Shown: piece by piece, positions 55,307 through 64,000 of the stretch
Position numbering within the stretch: position 1 is the stretch's first letter
Layout: each line of letters begins with the position of its first letter
Origin: Clostridia bacterium
GTDB taxonomy: Bacteria; Bacillota; Clostridia; Oscillospirales; CAG-272
Reading direction: 5' to 3'
Assembly: GCA_017456985.1 (NCBI GenBank)
Contig: JAFTIH010000037.1
Location: 5,558 to 69,557 of the forward strand
Length of the DNA: 64,000 bases
Program-made: the position numbers and the translations under genes
Notes under the pieces: generated by a model
The model's input: the letters and a program-made list of their open reading frames with translations, nothing else
The model's database searches: none
What the model was told of the DNA's origin: nothing

Positions 55307-55417
55307 TTGCCTTTACCTCGTCGCAATAGGATAATACACGTGCTTAGGAAAAAAATCCATTGACACCCGTCCTTTTCTATGATACGATAAAAGTGGTAAA
55401 ATGTCAAGTACGAAAGG

Positions 55418-56719
55418 ATGAAAAAAGCTATGGAAAAGAAAAAAGTGATCGTCATCGGCTGCGGTGACCGCGGTAGGACCTACACCGATATTATGAAGGA
55501 TGAGTTCTCCGACTGCTTCGAGGTCGTTGCGGTCGCTGAGCCCGTTGCGGCACGCCGCAACTATATGAAGGAAAAGCATAACCTTCCCGACGAGCTGTGC
55601 TTTGAGAGCTGGGAGCCCTTGCTCGAGCTCCCCAAAATGGCAGACGTCGCCATCATTGCCACGATGGATAAGGACCACTACGGTCCCGCAATGAAGGCGC
55701 TGGATCTGGGATATCCCCTCCTTCTCGAAAAGCCCATTGCCCCCACGCCCGAGGAGTGCGTCGCCATCGCGAAGAAGGCAGAGGAAAAGAATCTTTTCGT
55801 CATCGTCTGCCACGTGCTTCGCTACACCGCGTTCTTTATGGCGCTGAAGGACATCATCGAAAGCGGCGAGATCGGCAAGGTCATGGCGATCCAGCACATC
55901 GAGGGCGTCGGCAACGTCCACCAGAGCCACAGCTTCGTGCGCGGCAACTGGGGGCAAAGCGCAAAAAGCTCCTCGATGCTCTTGCAAAAGACCTGCCACG
56001 ATATGGATATTATGGCGTGGCTGGCAGGAGAAAAATGCACGGCAGTGCAGAGCTTCGGTAAGCTCTCCTATTTCTGTGAGAAGAACGCACCCGCAGGCGC
56101 ACCCGCGCGTTGCATTGACGGCTGTCCCGAGGGCGACCGTTGCCCCTACAACGCCGTCAAGCTCTACGTTGAAGACAACGAGTACAGCGATTGGTTCCGC
56201 CGTACCTCTGCAAAATGCCCCAACCCTACGCGCGAGCAGATGCTCGAGGTGATGCGCACCACCGACTACGGCAGATGCGTCTTCCGCTCGGATAACGACG
56301 TGGTCGATCACCAGGTCGTCAATCTGCAATTCGGTGACGACGTCTTTGCCGACTTCTCGATGAGCGCCTTCACCAAGGGCGGCAGATGCATCCGCATTAT
56401 GGGCACCGAGGGCGAGATCAACGCAAAGATGGAGGGCAACACCATCGACGTGTATAGCTTCATCACCTCCACCACCCGCCGTCACGACTGCAACACGGCT
56501 GTCAGCGGTGAAATGCTCACGGGCGGCCACGGCGGCGGCGATACGGGCATTGTCAAAGCCCTCTACGACACCTTGATGGGCGAAAAGTGCCGCTCCGTTT
56601 GCTCCGTTCGCGAGTCCTGCGACAACCACCTCATCGTCTTTGCCGCCGAGCACTCCCGCCACACGGGCACCGTCGTGTCCCTTGCCGAGTATGAAGCAAG
56701 CCTGGCTGAAAAGAATTAA
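55418..56719 (+). CDS. Gfo/Idh/MocA family oxidoreductase
   Basis: KVIVIGCGDRGRTY Rossmann motif and LLLEKP motif. Divergent from the AraC gene. TTGACA-17-TACGAT promoter around 55363-55391. Start may be 55418 or 55430. Confidence 0.85.
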   Translation: MKKAMEKKKVIVIGCGDRGRTYTDIMKDEFSDCFEVVAVAEPVAARRNYMKEKHNLPDELCFESWEPLLELPKMADVAIIATMDKDHYGPAMKALDLGYPLLLEKPIAPTPEECVAIAKKAEEKNLFVIVCHVLRYTAFFMALKDIIESGEIGKVMAIQHIEGVGNVHQSHSFVRGNWGQSAKSSSMLLQKTCHDMDIMAWLAGEKCTAVQSFGKLSYFCEKNAPAGAPARCIDGCPEGDRCPYNAVKLYVEDNEYSDWFRRTSAKCPNPTREQMLEVMRTTDYGRCVFRSDNDVVDHQVVNLQFGDDVFADFSMSAFTKGGRCIRIMGTEGEINAKMEGNTIDVYSFITSTTRRHDCNTAVSGEMLTGGHGGGDTGIVKALYDTLMGEKCRSVCSVRESCDNHLIVFAAEHSRHTGTVVSLAEYEASLAEKN

Positions 56720-56793
56720 GCTTACCTGCTCCACGCAAATTTTCAACAAAAATCCCCCGTAGAATGCGTGTTATCCTTAACGGAGAACACGCA

Positions 56794-56954
56794 ATGAATT
56801 GCAACCTCGCGCTTGCGTGAATTGAAAGACAAGCTTTCATGAATTGCCTGCGGCATGAATTGTGCCTTGCGGCACATCCGTTGCAATTCAATTCATGGAG
56901 CGAAGCGAGAATTCATGGCGAAGCCAATTCATGATGCGTTAGCATCAATTCATT
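56794..56954. repeat. Array of short hairpins separated by 4x (A/G)TGAATTG then 4-5x CAATTCAT (inverted orientation)
   Basis: TGAATTG at 56795, 56818, 56840 and 56856. The reverse-complement core is at 56884 (CAATTCA), followed by AATTCAT copies at 56890, 56910, 56926 and 56947. Intervening GCC-tgc-GGC, GTGCC-ttgc-GGCAC, GGC-gaa-GCC and GATGC-gtta-GCATC hairpins. Confidence 0.75.
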
Positions 56955-57150
56955 CACAGAAAACAAACAGAGCAAGAATATAAGGATTTTCTCCTTGTAC
57001 TCTTGCTCTCTTTCTGTTTGTATAAAGGTTTGGGCTTAGCCCATATTTGAATTTGACTAGTCAAATGCGATGCTCGCGCTGCATTGAATGTTCAAATTCT
57101 CCGCTAAGAACATCACGCTAACGGGGGATCTTTTGTTTTTTAGTTCTGCG

Positions 57151-58311
57151 TCAAGAAATTCCCAAAGCCGCGTTAAGCTCCGTCCAAGTGATCTTTTTGA
57201 TCTTGGTCGCGGCAAGGCACATCGGCGTGCTTGCGCTGTGGTAGTAGCCTACGAGGAAGCCGCCTTCTACCTCGATCATCTCGGGGTAACAATAGCTTTC
57301 GCTCTCATCGTCTTCAATCAGAAACAATCTGTCACGGAAGCCGCGATACGCGCCGTTTGCGCTGACGTAGTCCGTCGTATCGAAGGATCGACCGTCGTCG
57401 GTGCTCACCGCACAGAGCAGAGGCGTGCGCTTGGGCGTGTTCCAAAGCTCGGTCGCCTTACGCATCGGCTGATAGGCGTTGGGGTTAAATACTGCGAGCG
57501 TATAATCGCCCAAGCGCTTGACGCGCATCGGCGCCTCAGGGGAGGTAAAGAAGAAATTGGGGCGAGGAGTGGAAAAGGTCTTGCCACCGTCCGTCGAGCG
57601 TGCCTCGTATTGAAAGCCGTAGCCCGTGCGCGCATAGACCCAGAGATCGCCGTTTTCGTACTCGTAAATACCCGGCTCTTGCATTCCTACGGGGTCGTTG
57701 TAGGGGGAAGCGACGACGGGCATATCCTCGTGCCAAGTCTTGCCCGAGTCGTCCGAATAGGCAAAGTGAAGATCGTGACCGATATAGGGAGCGGGTTCCC
57801 CCTCCACGTGATACTCGCAGTTCGGGTTGTTGCACATGGATGCCGCGAGAATGACTCTGCCACCGCGCGTGACGATAGCGCTGTCGTTAACACCGCAATA
57901 AAAGCCGTCGCGTGCGAATACGGCGATAGGCGCCGAGAAGGTCTTGCCCTCGTCTGCGGAAGAGCAGAAGAACGGAACGCAAGAAACCTTGCCTTCCTTC
58001 GTAACGGTATTTCTTAAATAGAAAACACCAAGATTACCGTCGGGCAGGCGCACGAGCGACGAGGACATATAGTTTTCCGCATCTGCGTCCTTTTCGATCA
58101 AAACAAAAGGCTTTCCCCAGCTTTCCCCTTCGTCCGTGGAGATGCACGCGGAAATGCGTGCCGTCGCATGGTCAGCGTAGTTGTCGCCGTAATATTCCGT
58201 GTAGGAAAAAAGAATGGAGCCGTCCTTTAAGCGCAAAAAGGATCCTTCTCCGTTGCGGGGATTTCCTTCACCGATGGGTAAAAACAAAACTTCTTTTCCG
58301 AGGGTTTTCAT
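57151..58311 (-). CDS. BNR/Asp-box repeat beta-propeller protein (sialidase-like), no signal peptide
   Basis: Asp-boxes STDEGESW, SADEGKTF, SDDSGKTW, STDGGKTF and STDDGRSF. AAAGGAGG RBS. TTTACA-17-TATAAT promoter on the minus strand at 58370-58342. Confidence 0.78.
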   Translation of the reverse strand: MKTLGKEVLFLPIGEGNPRNGEGSFLRLKDGSILFSYTEYYGDNYADHATARISACISTDEGESWGKPFVLIEKDADAENYMSSSLVRLPDGNLGVFYLRNTVTKEGKVSCVPFFCSSADEGKTFSAPIAVFARDGFYCGVNDSAIVTRGGRVILAASMCNNPNCEYHVEGEPAPYIGHDLHFAYSDDSGKTWHEDMPVVASPYNDPVGMQEPGIYEYENGDLWVYARTGYGFQYEARSTDGGKTFSTPRPNFFFTSPEAPMRVKRLGDYTLAVFNPNAYQPMRKATELWNTPKRTPLLCAVSTDDGRSFDTTDYVSANGAYRGFRDRLFLIEDDESESYCYPEMIEVEGGFLVGYYHSASTPMCLAATKIKKITWTELNAALGIS

Positions 58312-58451
58312 AAAAGGCTGCCTCCTTTATGGTTTGTTTCCATTATAGCAAACAAAAAAACGCTTGTAAACAGGAAAAAAGACGACTTTTGTAAAAGCCG
58401 TCTTTTTTGTGACAAAAGCGGAACGCACACCGTGCGTTCCGCTTAAAAATC

Positions 58452-60098
<1,647 letters not shown>

Positions 60099-60107
60099 CT
60101 ACCTTTC

Positions 60108-60392
60108 TTACTCTACGATTGCGAGAATATCGCTCTGACGCACGATGTTGTATTCCGTGCCGTCACACTTGACCTCGGTGCCTGCGTACTTCGAGGTGAT
60201 CACGCGGTCGCCCACCTTTACGGTCATCACGACCTCGGTGCCGTCAACCATCCCACCGGGACCAACGGCAACGACCTCTGCAACCTGGGGCTTTTCCTTC
60301 GCCGTACCGGGCAGAATGATTCCCGTCTTGGTGGTTTCCTCCATCTCGACAAGCTTAACGACAACGCGGTCAGCAAGTGGTTTGATCGTCAT
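60108..60392 (-). CDS. groS: Co-chaperonin GroES
   Basis: [13 protein letters not shown]...GIILP...GTEV. Confidence 0.97.
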   Translation of the reverse strand: MTIKPLADRVVVKLVEMEETTKTGIILPGTAKEKPQVAEVVAVGPGGMVDGTEVVMTVKVGDRVITSKYAGTEVKCDGTEYNIVRQSDILAIVE

Positions 60393-60443
60393 AATAAAAT
60401 CCTCCGTTTCTTCACGCCCACGGATGGGCGGTATCGTACAAGT

Positions 60444-60470
60444 TTAGCACTCGACCTTTTTGAGTGCTAA
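60444..60470 (-). promoter_or_regulatory. CIRCE operator (HrcA binding site)
   Basis: Perfect TTAGCACTC-N9-GAGTGCTAA inverted repeat in the groES leader. Confidence 0.92.
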
Positions 60471-60474
60471 ACCT

Positions 60475-60503
60475 ATTTTAGCCTACTATATAGGAAAAAT
60501 CAA
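60475..60503 (-). promoter_or_regulatory. Sigma-A promoter for groES-groEL
   Basis: Minus strand: TTGATT (60503-60498), 17 nt spacer, TAAAAT (60480-60475), immediately upstream of CIRCE. Confidence 0.6.
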
Positions 60504-60571
60504 GTCTTTTTCGTATAATTCACATTTTATTAACAAATATTGGAAAAGCACCGGTTTCGCCTCGGAATCGG

Positions 60572-61294
60572 CTAGGAAAGCTCCTCCCTTAAAAAGCGCA
60601 GGATCTTTTTTTCCTCGCGTGAAACCTTGACCTGGGAAAGTCCTAAAATGCTCGCCGTCTGCATTTGTGAGAGATCGCGGAAATAACGCAAAAGAAGGAT
60701 CTTGCTCCACAGCGCGGGAAGCTTTTCGATCGCCCCGCGAAGCGCCAGCTTTTCAAACTCTCTTTCGGGCGCATCCGCATCCGTCAGCATCTCCTCAAGC
60801 GTCGCCCCGCTCTCGTCGGGCAGGGTGTATTCGCAAAGCGAGCGCGGCGGCGTCAGCGCCTCAAGGGCAGAGGAGACCTCCTCCGCACTCACCCCCGCCG
60901 CCGTCGCAAGCTCCGAAACTGTGGGCTCCGTTACCCCCTCCGCCGCCAAGCGCTCGCGCGCCCGCAGGATCGCCGCCCCCGTGCGCTTTTGCGCGCGGGA
61001 CACCTTGATCGGACCGTCGTCCCGCAAAAAGCGGCGGATCTCCCCGAAAATGAGCGGAACAGCGTAGGTGGAAAACGCCAGCCCGCGCGAGAGATCAAAC
61101 GAGCGGATCGCGCGCAAAAGTCCGATGTTGCCGAGTGAGCAAAGGTCCTCGAAATCCGTCCCTCTGCCCACGTAGCGCGCAGCAATGCTTCGCACGAGCC
61201 CCGCATTCTTGCGGAACAGCTCCTCCGTTGCCTCCTCGTCGCCCGCTTGCGCGCGCGCGATCAGCGTGGGGTTGTCCTTATATTTTTCATTCAT
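60572..61294 (-). CDS. sigF: Sporulation sigma factor SigF
   Basis: Sigma-70 regions 2-4 (DLCSLGNIGLLRAIRSFD, YAVPLIFGEIRRFLRD, ILLLRYF...QMQTASILGLSQVKVSREEKK). Third gene after spoIIAA-spoIIAB. Start at MNEKYK overlaps the spoIIAB stop. Confidence 0.88.
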   Translation of the reverse strand: MNEKYKDNPTLIARAQAGDEEATEELFRKNAGLVRSIAARYVGRGTDFEDLCSLGNIGLLRAIRSFDLSRGLAFSTYAVPLIFGEIRRFLRDDGPIKVSRAQKRTGAAILRARERLAAEGVTEPTVSELATAAGVSAEEVSSALEALTPPRSLCEYTLPDESGATLEEMLTDADAPEREFEKLALRGAIEKLPALWSKILLLRYFRDLSQMQTASILGLSQVKVSREEKKILRFLREELS

Positions 61295-61733
61295 TCTCCG
61301 TGTCCTTGAGCCGCTTGTATAACACCACGCGCGTCCCCTTGCCAAGCTGGGAGAATACGCGCACCTTGTCCGTGAACGCCTCCATCACGGCAAAGCCCAT
61401 TCCCGAGCGCTCGCCCGAGCGATCCGTAGTAAAAAGCGGCAGTCTTGCCTCCTCCACGTCGGCGATTCCGCATCCGCGGTCGCGCACCTCGATCTTCAAG
61501 GTACGGTCGCTATACAGCCAAGCCGATATGTAAACGGTTCCATCGCCACCGCCGTAGCCGTGAACGATGGCGTTGGTCACCGCCTCGGACACCGCACAGC
61601 GGACGTCTGCCAGCTCCTCCACGGTCGGGTCGGGCAGGGAAGCGAAATACCCTACGAGCCCGCGCGCGAGTCCCTCGTTCACCGACAACGCGGGAAAGGC
61701 AAGCGCCAGACGGTTGATACACTTCTTTTTCAT
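61287..61733 (-). CDS. spoIIAB: Anti-sigma F factor SpoIIAB (serine kinase)
   Basis: HATPase_c motifs (EAVTNAIVHGY, DRGCGI, GMGF). ATGA overlap with spoIIAA. Confidence 0.9.
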   Translation of the reverse strand: MKKKCINRLALAFPALSVNEGLARGLVGYFASLPDPTVEELADVRCAVSEAVTNAIVHGYGGGDGTVYISAWLYSDRTLKIEVRDRGCGIADVEEARLPLFTTDRSGERSGMGFAVMEAFTDKVRVFSQLGKGTRVVLYKRLKDTENE

Positions 61734-62092
61734 ACGTTCTTCCTCTTTTCTTCGGCACCCTCGAGCGTCAGACCGCGCATGCGCTCCAGCCCTGCCATCT
61801 CAAAAATTTTTCTCGTTCTTGCGTCCGCGCCCGTCAGCGTCATCACGGCGCCCACCTCCTTGGCGGTCACGAGCCGTCCGATGATAAGACCCAGCCCCGA
61901 GCTATCCATAAACGCCACCCCCGACAGCTCAAGCACGAGCTCGTGCGGGCGGTGTAGATAGATCTGTCGGTCAAGCTCCTCGCGTAGCGCCTTCGCACTG
62001 TGATGGTCGATCTCTCCCGCGATCTGTGCGCGAAGGACCGTCCCCACGGCAGTCACGCGAAGACGCCCCTGCCTTTCTTTCGTTTGCGACAT
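61730..62092 (-). CDS. spoIIAA: Anti-sigma F factor antagonist SpoIIAA (STAS domain)
   Basis: LSGVAFMDSSGLGLIIG phospho-Ser motif region. Start at MSQTKE (62092) with GGAAAGGA RBS. The longer tracked ORF start at 62245 was rejected. Confidence 0.88.
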   Translation of the reverse strand: MSQTKERQGRLRVTAVGTVLRAQIAGEIDHHSAKALREELDRQIYLHRPHELVLELSGVAFMDSSGLGLIIGRLVTAKEVGAVMTLTGADARTRKIFEMAGLERMRGLTLEGAEEKRKNV

Positions 62093-62187
62093 CCCAATCC
62101 TTTCCTTTCTATTGGTTTCCTCATTTAGTATATCTTGGTAAAGGCGCGACTTTTGTCGCTTTTTGCGAAAGAGAAAACGGAATTTTT

Positions 62188-63333
62188 TCAAATCCCGTTT
62201 TCTAAAACTCGATAGAGCCGATCCACGAGCCGTCGGCAGTCGCAAAGCCGCGTTTGCCCATCCACCGACACGCGAAGCGTCCCCGTCGGCGGCGTTCCGA
62301 GTGACGCGTGCGCAAGCGGCGCACAGTGGAGCCCCGCCCGCACCGCGACCCCCTCCTCATCCAAAAGCGCGGCAAGATGCTCGGGCGCAAAGCGCTCGCA
62401 CGAAAGGGAGATCACCCCGCCGCCGCGAAAGCCGCCCGTATAAAGACGCACCCCCGCCATTGCCGAAAGATCCTCGATCAGCGCCCCCTCCAAAAGGCGA
62501 ACGTGCGACGCGATCTCCTCCGCGCCGCGCGCAAGCACGTCGCGCACGCCCGCCTCCATCGCGGCAATCGCAACGAGAGGGAGCGTCCCCGCCTCAAAGC
62601 GCTCGGGAAGCTCCTGCGGCATCTCCCGCGCACGCGGTGCCGCCCCACCGCCCCCCGACAAAAACTGCGGCAGGTCCTCGCGCGGACGCGCAAACAGGAT
62701 CGCCCCCGCGCCCATGATCCCCCCAAGCCCCTTGTGCGAGGGAACGCAAACGGCGTCCGCACCGAGCGCGTCGACCGAAAAGGGAAGATGCCCCGCGCTT
62801 TGCGCCGCATCGAGCAAAAAGGGGACTCCCGCCGCGCGGCAGACCCGCCCGATCGCGGTAGCGTCCGCGATGAAGGGGCAAATATTCGAGGCGTGCGTCG
62901 CACAAACGAGCACCGTGTCGGGACAAAGCCGCTCGGCGACCGCCTCGGCGCCCCGCCTTGCGTCGAATACCTCAAGGCGGATGCGTCCCGCATCCGCCAG
63001 TGCATACAGCGGACGCGCCAGCGCGTTGTGCGCCATATTACAGCACAAAACGTGACCGCCCGTCCCCGCAAAGGCGTTGACCCCGAGGTTGAGCGCCTCC
63101 GTCGCGTTCTTCGTAAAGACGACGCATCGCTCATCGGAAAGGGAAAACAGCTCCGCAAGCGCGCACCGCGCCCCATATACCCGTTCCGCCGCGCGCAGAG
63201 AGAGCGCGTGCGCGCCCCGACCGGGGTTGCCGCCCTCAAACAGGATCGCCCGCCGCACCGCACGGCGCACCGCGCGGCTCTTGGGATAGGAGGTCGCCGC
63301 GCTGTCAAAATATAAAAGCTTACCGCACCTCAT
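62188..63333 (-). CDS. Class V aminotransferase / cysteine desulfurase family protein
   Basis: YFDSAATS N-terminus, PLP-lysine motif SHKGLGG and a C-terminal RVSV segment. The start at 63333 overlaps the upstream small gene. Confidence 0.8.
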   Translation of the reverse strand: MRCGKLLYFDSAATSYPKSRAVRRAVRRAILFEGGNPGRGAHALSLRAAERVYGARCALAELFSLSDERCVVFTKNATEALNLGVNAFAGTGGHVLCCNMAHNALARPLYALADAGRIRLEVFDARRGAEAVAERLCPDTVLVCATHASNICPFIADATAIGRVCRAAGVPFLLDAAQSAGHLPFSVDALGADAVCVPSHKGLGGIMGAGAILFARPREDLPQFLSGGGGAAPRAREMPQELPERFEAGTLPLVAIAAMEAGVRDVLARGAEEIASHVRLLEGALIEDLSAMAGVRLYTGGFRGGGVISLSCERFAPEHLAALLDEEGVAVRAGLHCAPLAHASLGTPPTGTLRVSVDGQTRLCDCRRLVDRLYRVLENGI

Positions 63334-63529
63334 AGCGGACGCCCTCCGCACGCAGGACCTGCGCCGCGCGAAGAAGCTCCTCCTCGCGCAGTCGCAATCC
63401 CCACGCGCACCCCTCTTCGTCGCTCTCTAATTTGATAAGATGCGCGCGGATGCGGGCGGCGGCAAGCAGGCGTTTGCCGCGAGAAGCACTCGATACCGAG
63501 CCGAAATAAAGCGTTCTTTCCATCGTCAT
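63320..63529 (-). CDS. Small DUF3343-like putative S/Se carrier protein
   Basis: 69 aa, coupled to the desulfurase gene. The family call is from size and context only. Confidence 0.5.
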   Translation of the reverse strand: MTMERTLYFGSVSSASRGKRLLAAARIRAHLIKLESDEEGCAWGLRLREEELLRAAQVLRAEGVRYEVR

Positions 63530-63683
63530 TTCCTCCGAAAGTCTTTCTTCCTTCTCATTGTATGCGGCAAATGCGGCGCGTGTTCCCGAAAAAAATGAAA
63601 AAAAGCAAGAAAAAGTAGAGCAAAACAGTGGACTTTTTGATTTTTTTGTGTTAAAATAAGAATATATTTTAAAAGGGGAAAGT

Positions 63684-64000
63684 ATGAAGGTTTACGCACT
63701 TTACGGCGGCGGCGTTGCCGCAGTCTGTTATCTTGCGGTGTCGGACGACGAAAAAGAGGGCGTCCTCATCGACCCCGCCGTCACACCCGAAGTCGCGGCG
63801 GCGCGTCTTGGCACGCTTCCTACCCTCACCGCGATCCTGCTCACGCACGGTCACTTTGACCATATGCTCGCGCTTGACGCGTGGCGAAGAAAAACGGGTG
63901 CGCCCGTCTATATTCACGAAGCGGACGCAGAGGCACTCTCCGATCCCGAGAAAAACGCAAGCGGCGTCTTTTTCCCGATGGGCGAGTGCTATGGGAGAGC
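63684..64000 (+). CDS. MBL-fold metallo-hydrolase (3' end cut by window edge)
   Basis: Not in the ORF track because no stop is reached. ATG at 63684 after AAAAGGGGAA. MKVYALYGG...ILLTHGHFDHM (HxHxDH motif). Confidence 0.8.
   Translation, partial: MKVYALYGGGVAAVCYLAVSDDEKEGVLIDPAVTPEVAAARLGTLPTLTAILLTHGHFDHMLALDAWRRKTGAPVYIHEADAEALSDPEKNASGVFFPMGECYGR

Noticed and set aside
62163-63315. Pro/Arg-rich plus-strand ORFs (62163..62717, 62308..63315) and a minus-strand alternative frame (62478..63308).
   Set aside because: They are shadow frames of the extremely GC-rich class V aminotransferase gene, which carries the SHK PLP motif. None has an RBS or recognisable motifs.

Overview
This is a chromosomal segment from a GC-rich (by eye about 60%, not computed), spore-forming Firmicute of the class Clostridia. 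The sporulation markers are yabP/yabQ, ylmC/ymxH and spoIIAA-spoIIAB-sigF. All calls rest on reading the ORF-track translations for family motifs and on inspecting the DNA by eye; no database search was possible. Most of the window is housekeeping: relA-dtd-hemZ-like, hup-yabO-yabP-yabQ, an ABC-F ATPase, uvrBA-dut, a Wzz/BY-kinase pair, DUF512-der-obg, topB, rpsF-ssb-rpsR, two AI-2E permeases, ispE, rpsB-tsf and groESL with a perfect CIRCE operator. The centre (about 24.1-41.3 kb) is one long same-strand gene string encoding a glycyl-radical-enzyme bacterial microcompartment of the fuculose/rhamnulose-aldolase type. Its genes run in the order ackA, class II aldolase, acylating aldehyde dehydrogenase, Zn-alcohol dehydrogenase, 4 BMC-H, PduL, BMC-P, PduS-like, PduT-like BMC-T, the glycyl radical enzyme with its activase, PduU/EutS and PduV/EutP. 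The most interesting part is the tail of that operon. A ParA/MinD-type ATPase is translationally coupled to pduV and to a 99-aa Lys/Ala/Pro-rich, probably disordered protein ending in PYYLL. This pair looks like a McdA/McdB-type cargo-positioning module, but it is attached to a catabolic metabolosome rather than a carboxysome. Two lipoprotein genes follow in the same coupled string. Other unexplained structure includes two intergenic arrays of mini-hairpins sharing a GAATTCAT/TGAATTG core (6.65-6.93 kb and 56.79-56.95 kb) and an 82-nt-period tandem element inside the BMC operon (36.68-36.82 kb). There is also a 48-bp coding tandem repeat inside yabQ and an 86-nt identical tract shared by two BMC-H paralogs. 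No rRNA, tRNA, CRISPR array, transposase or integrase was seen. Many long antisense ORFs in the track are GC-rich shadow frames and were rejected.
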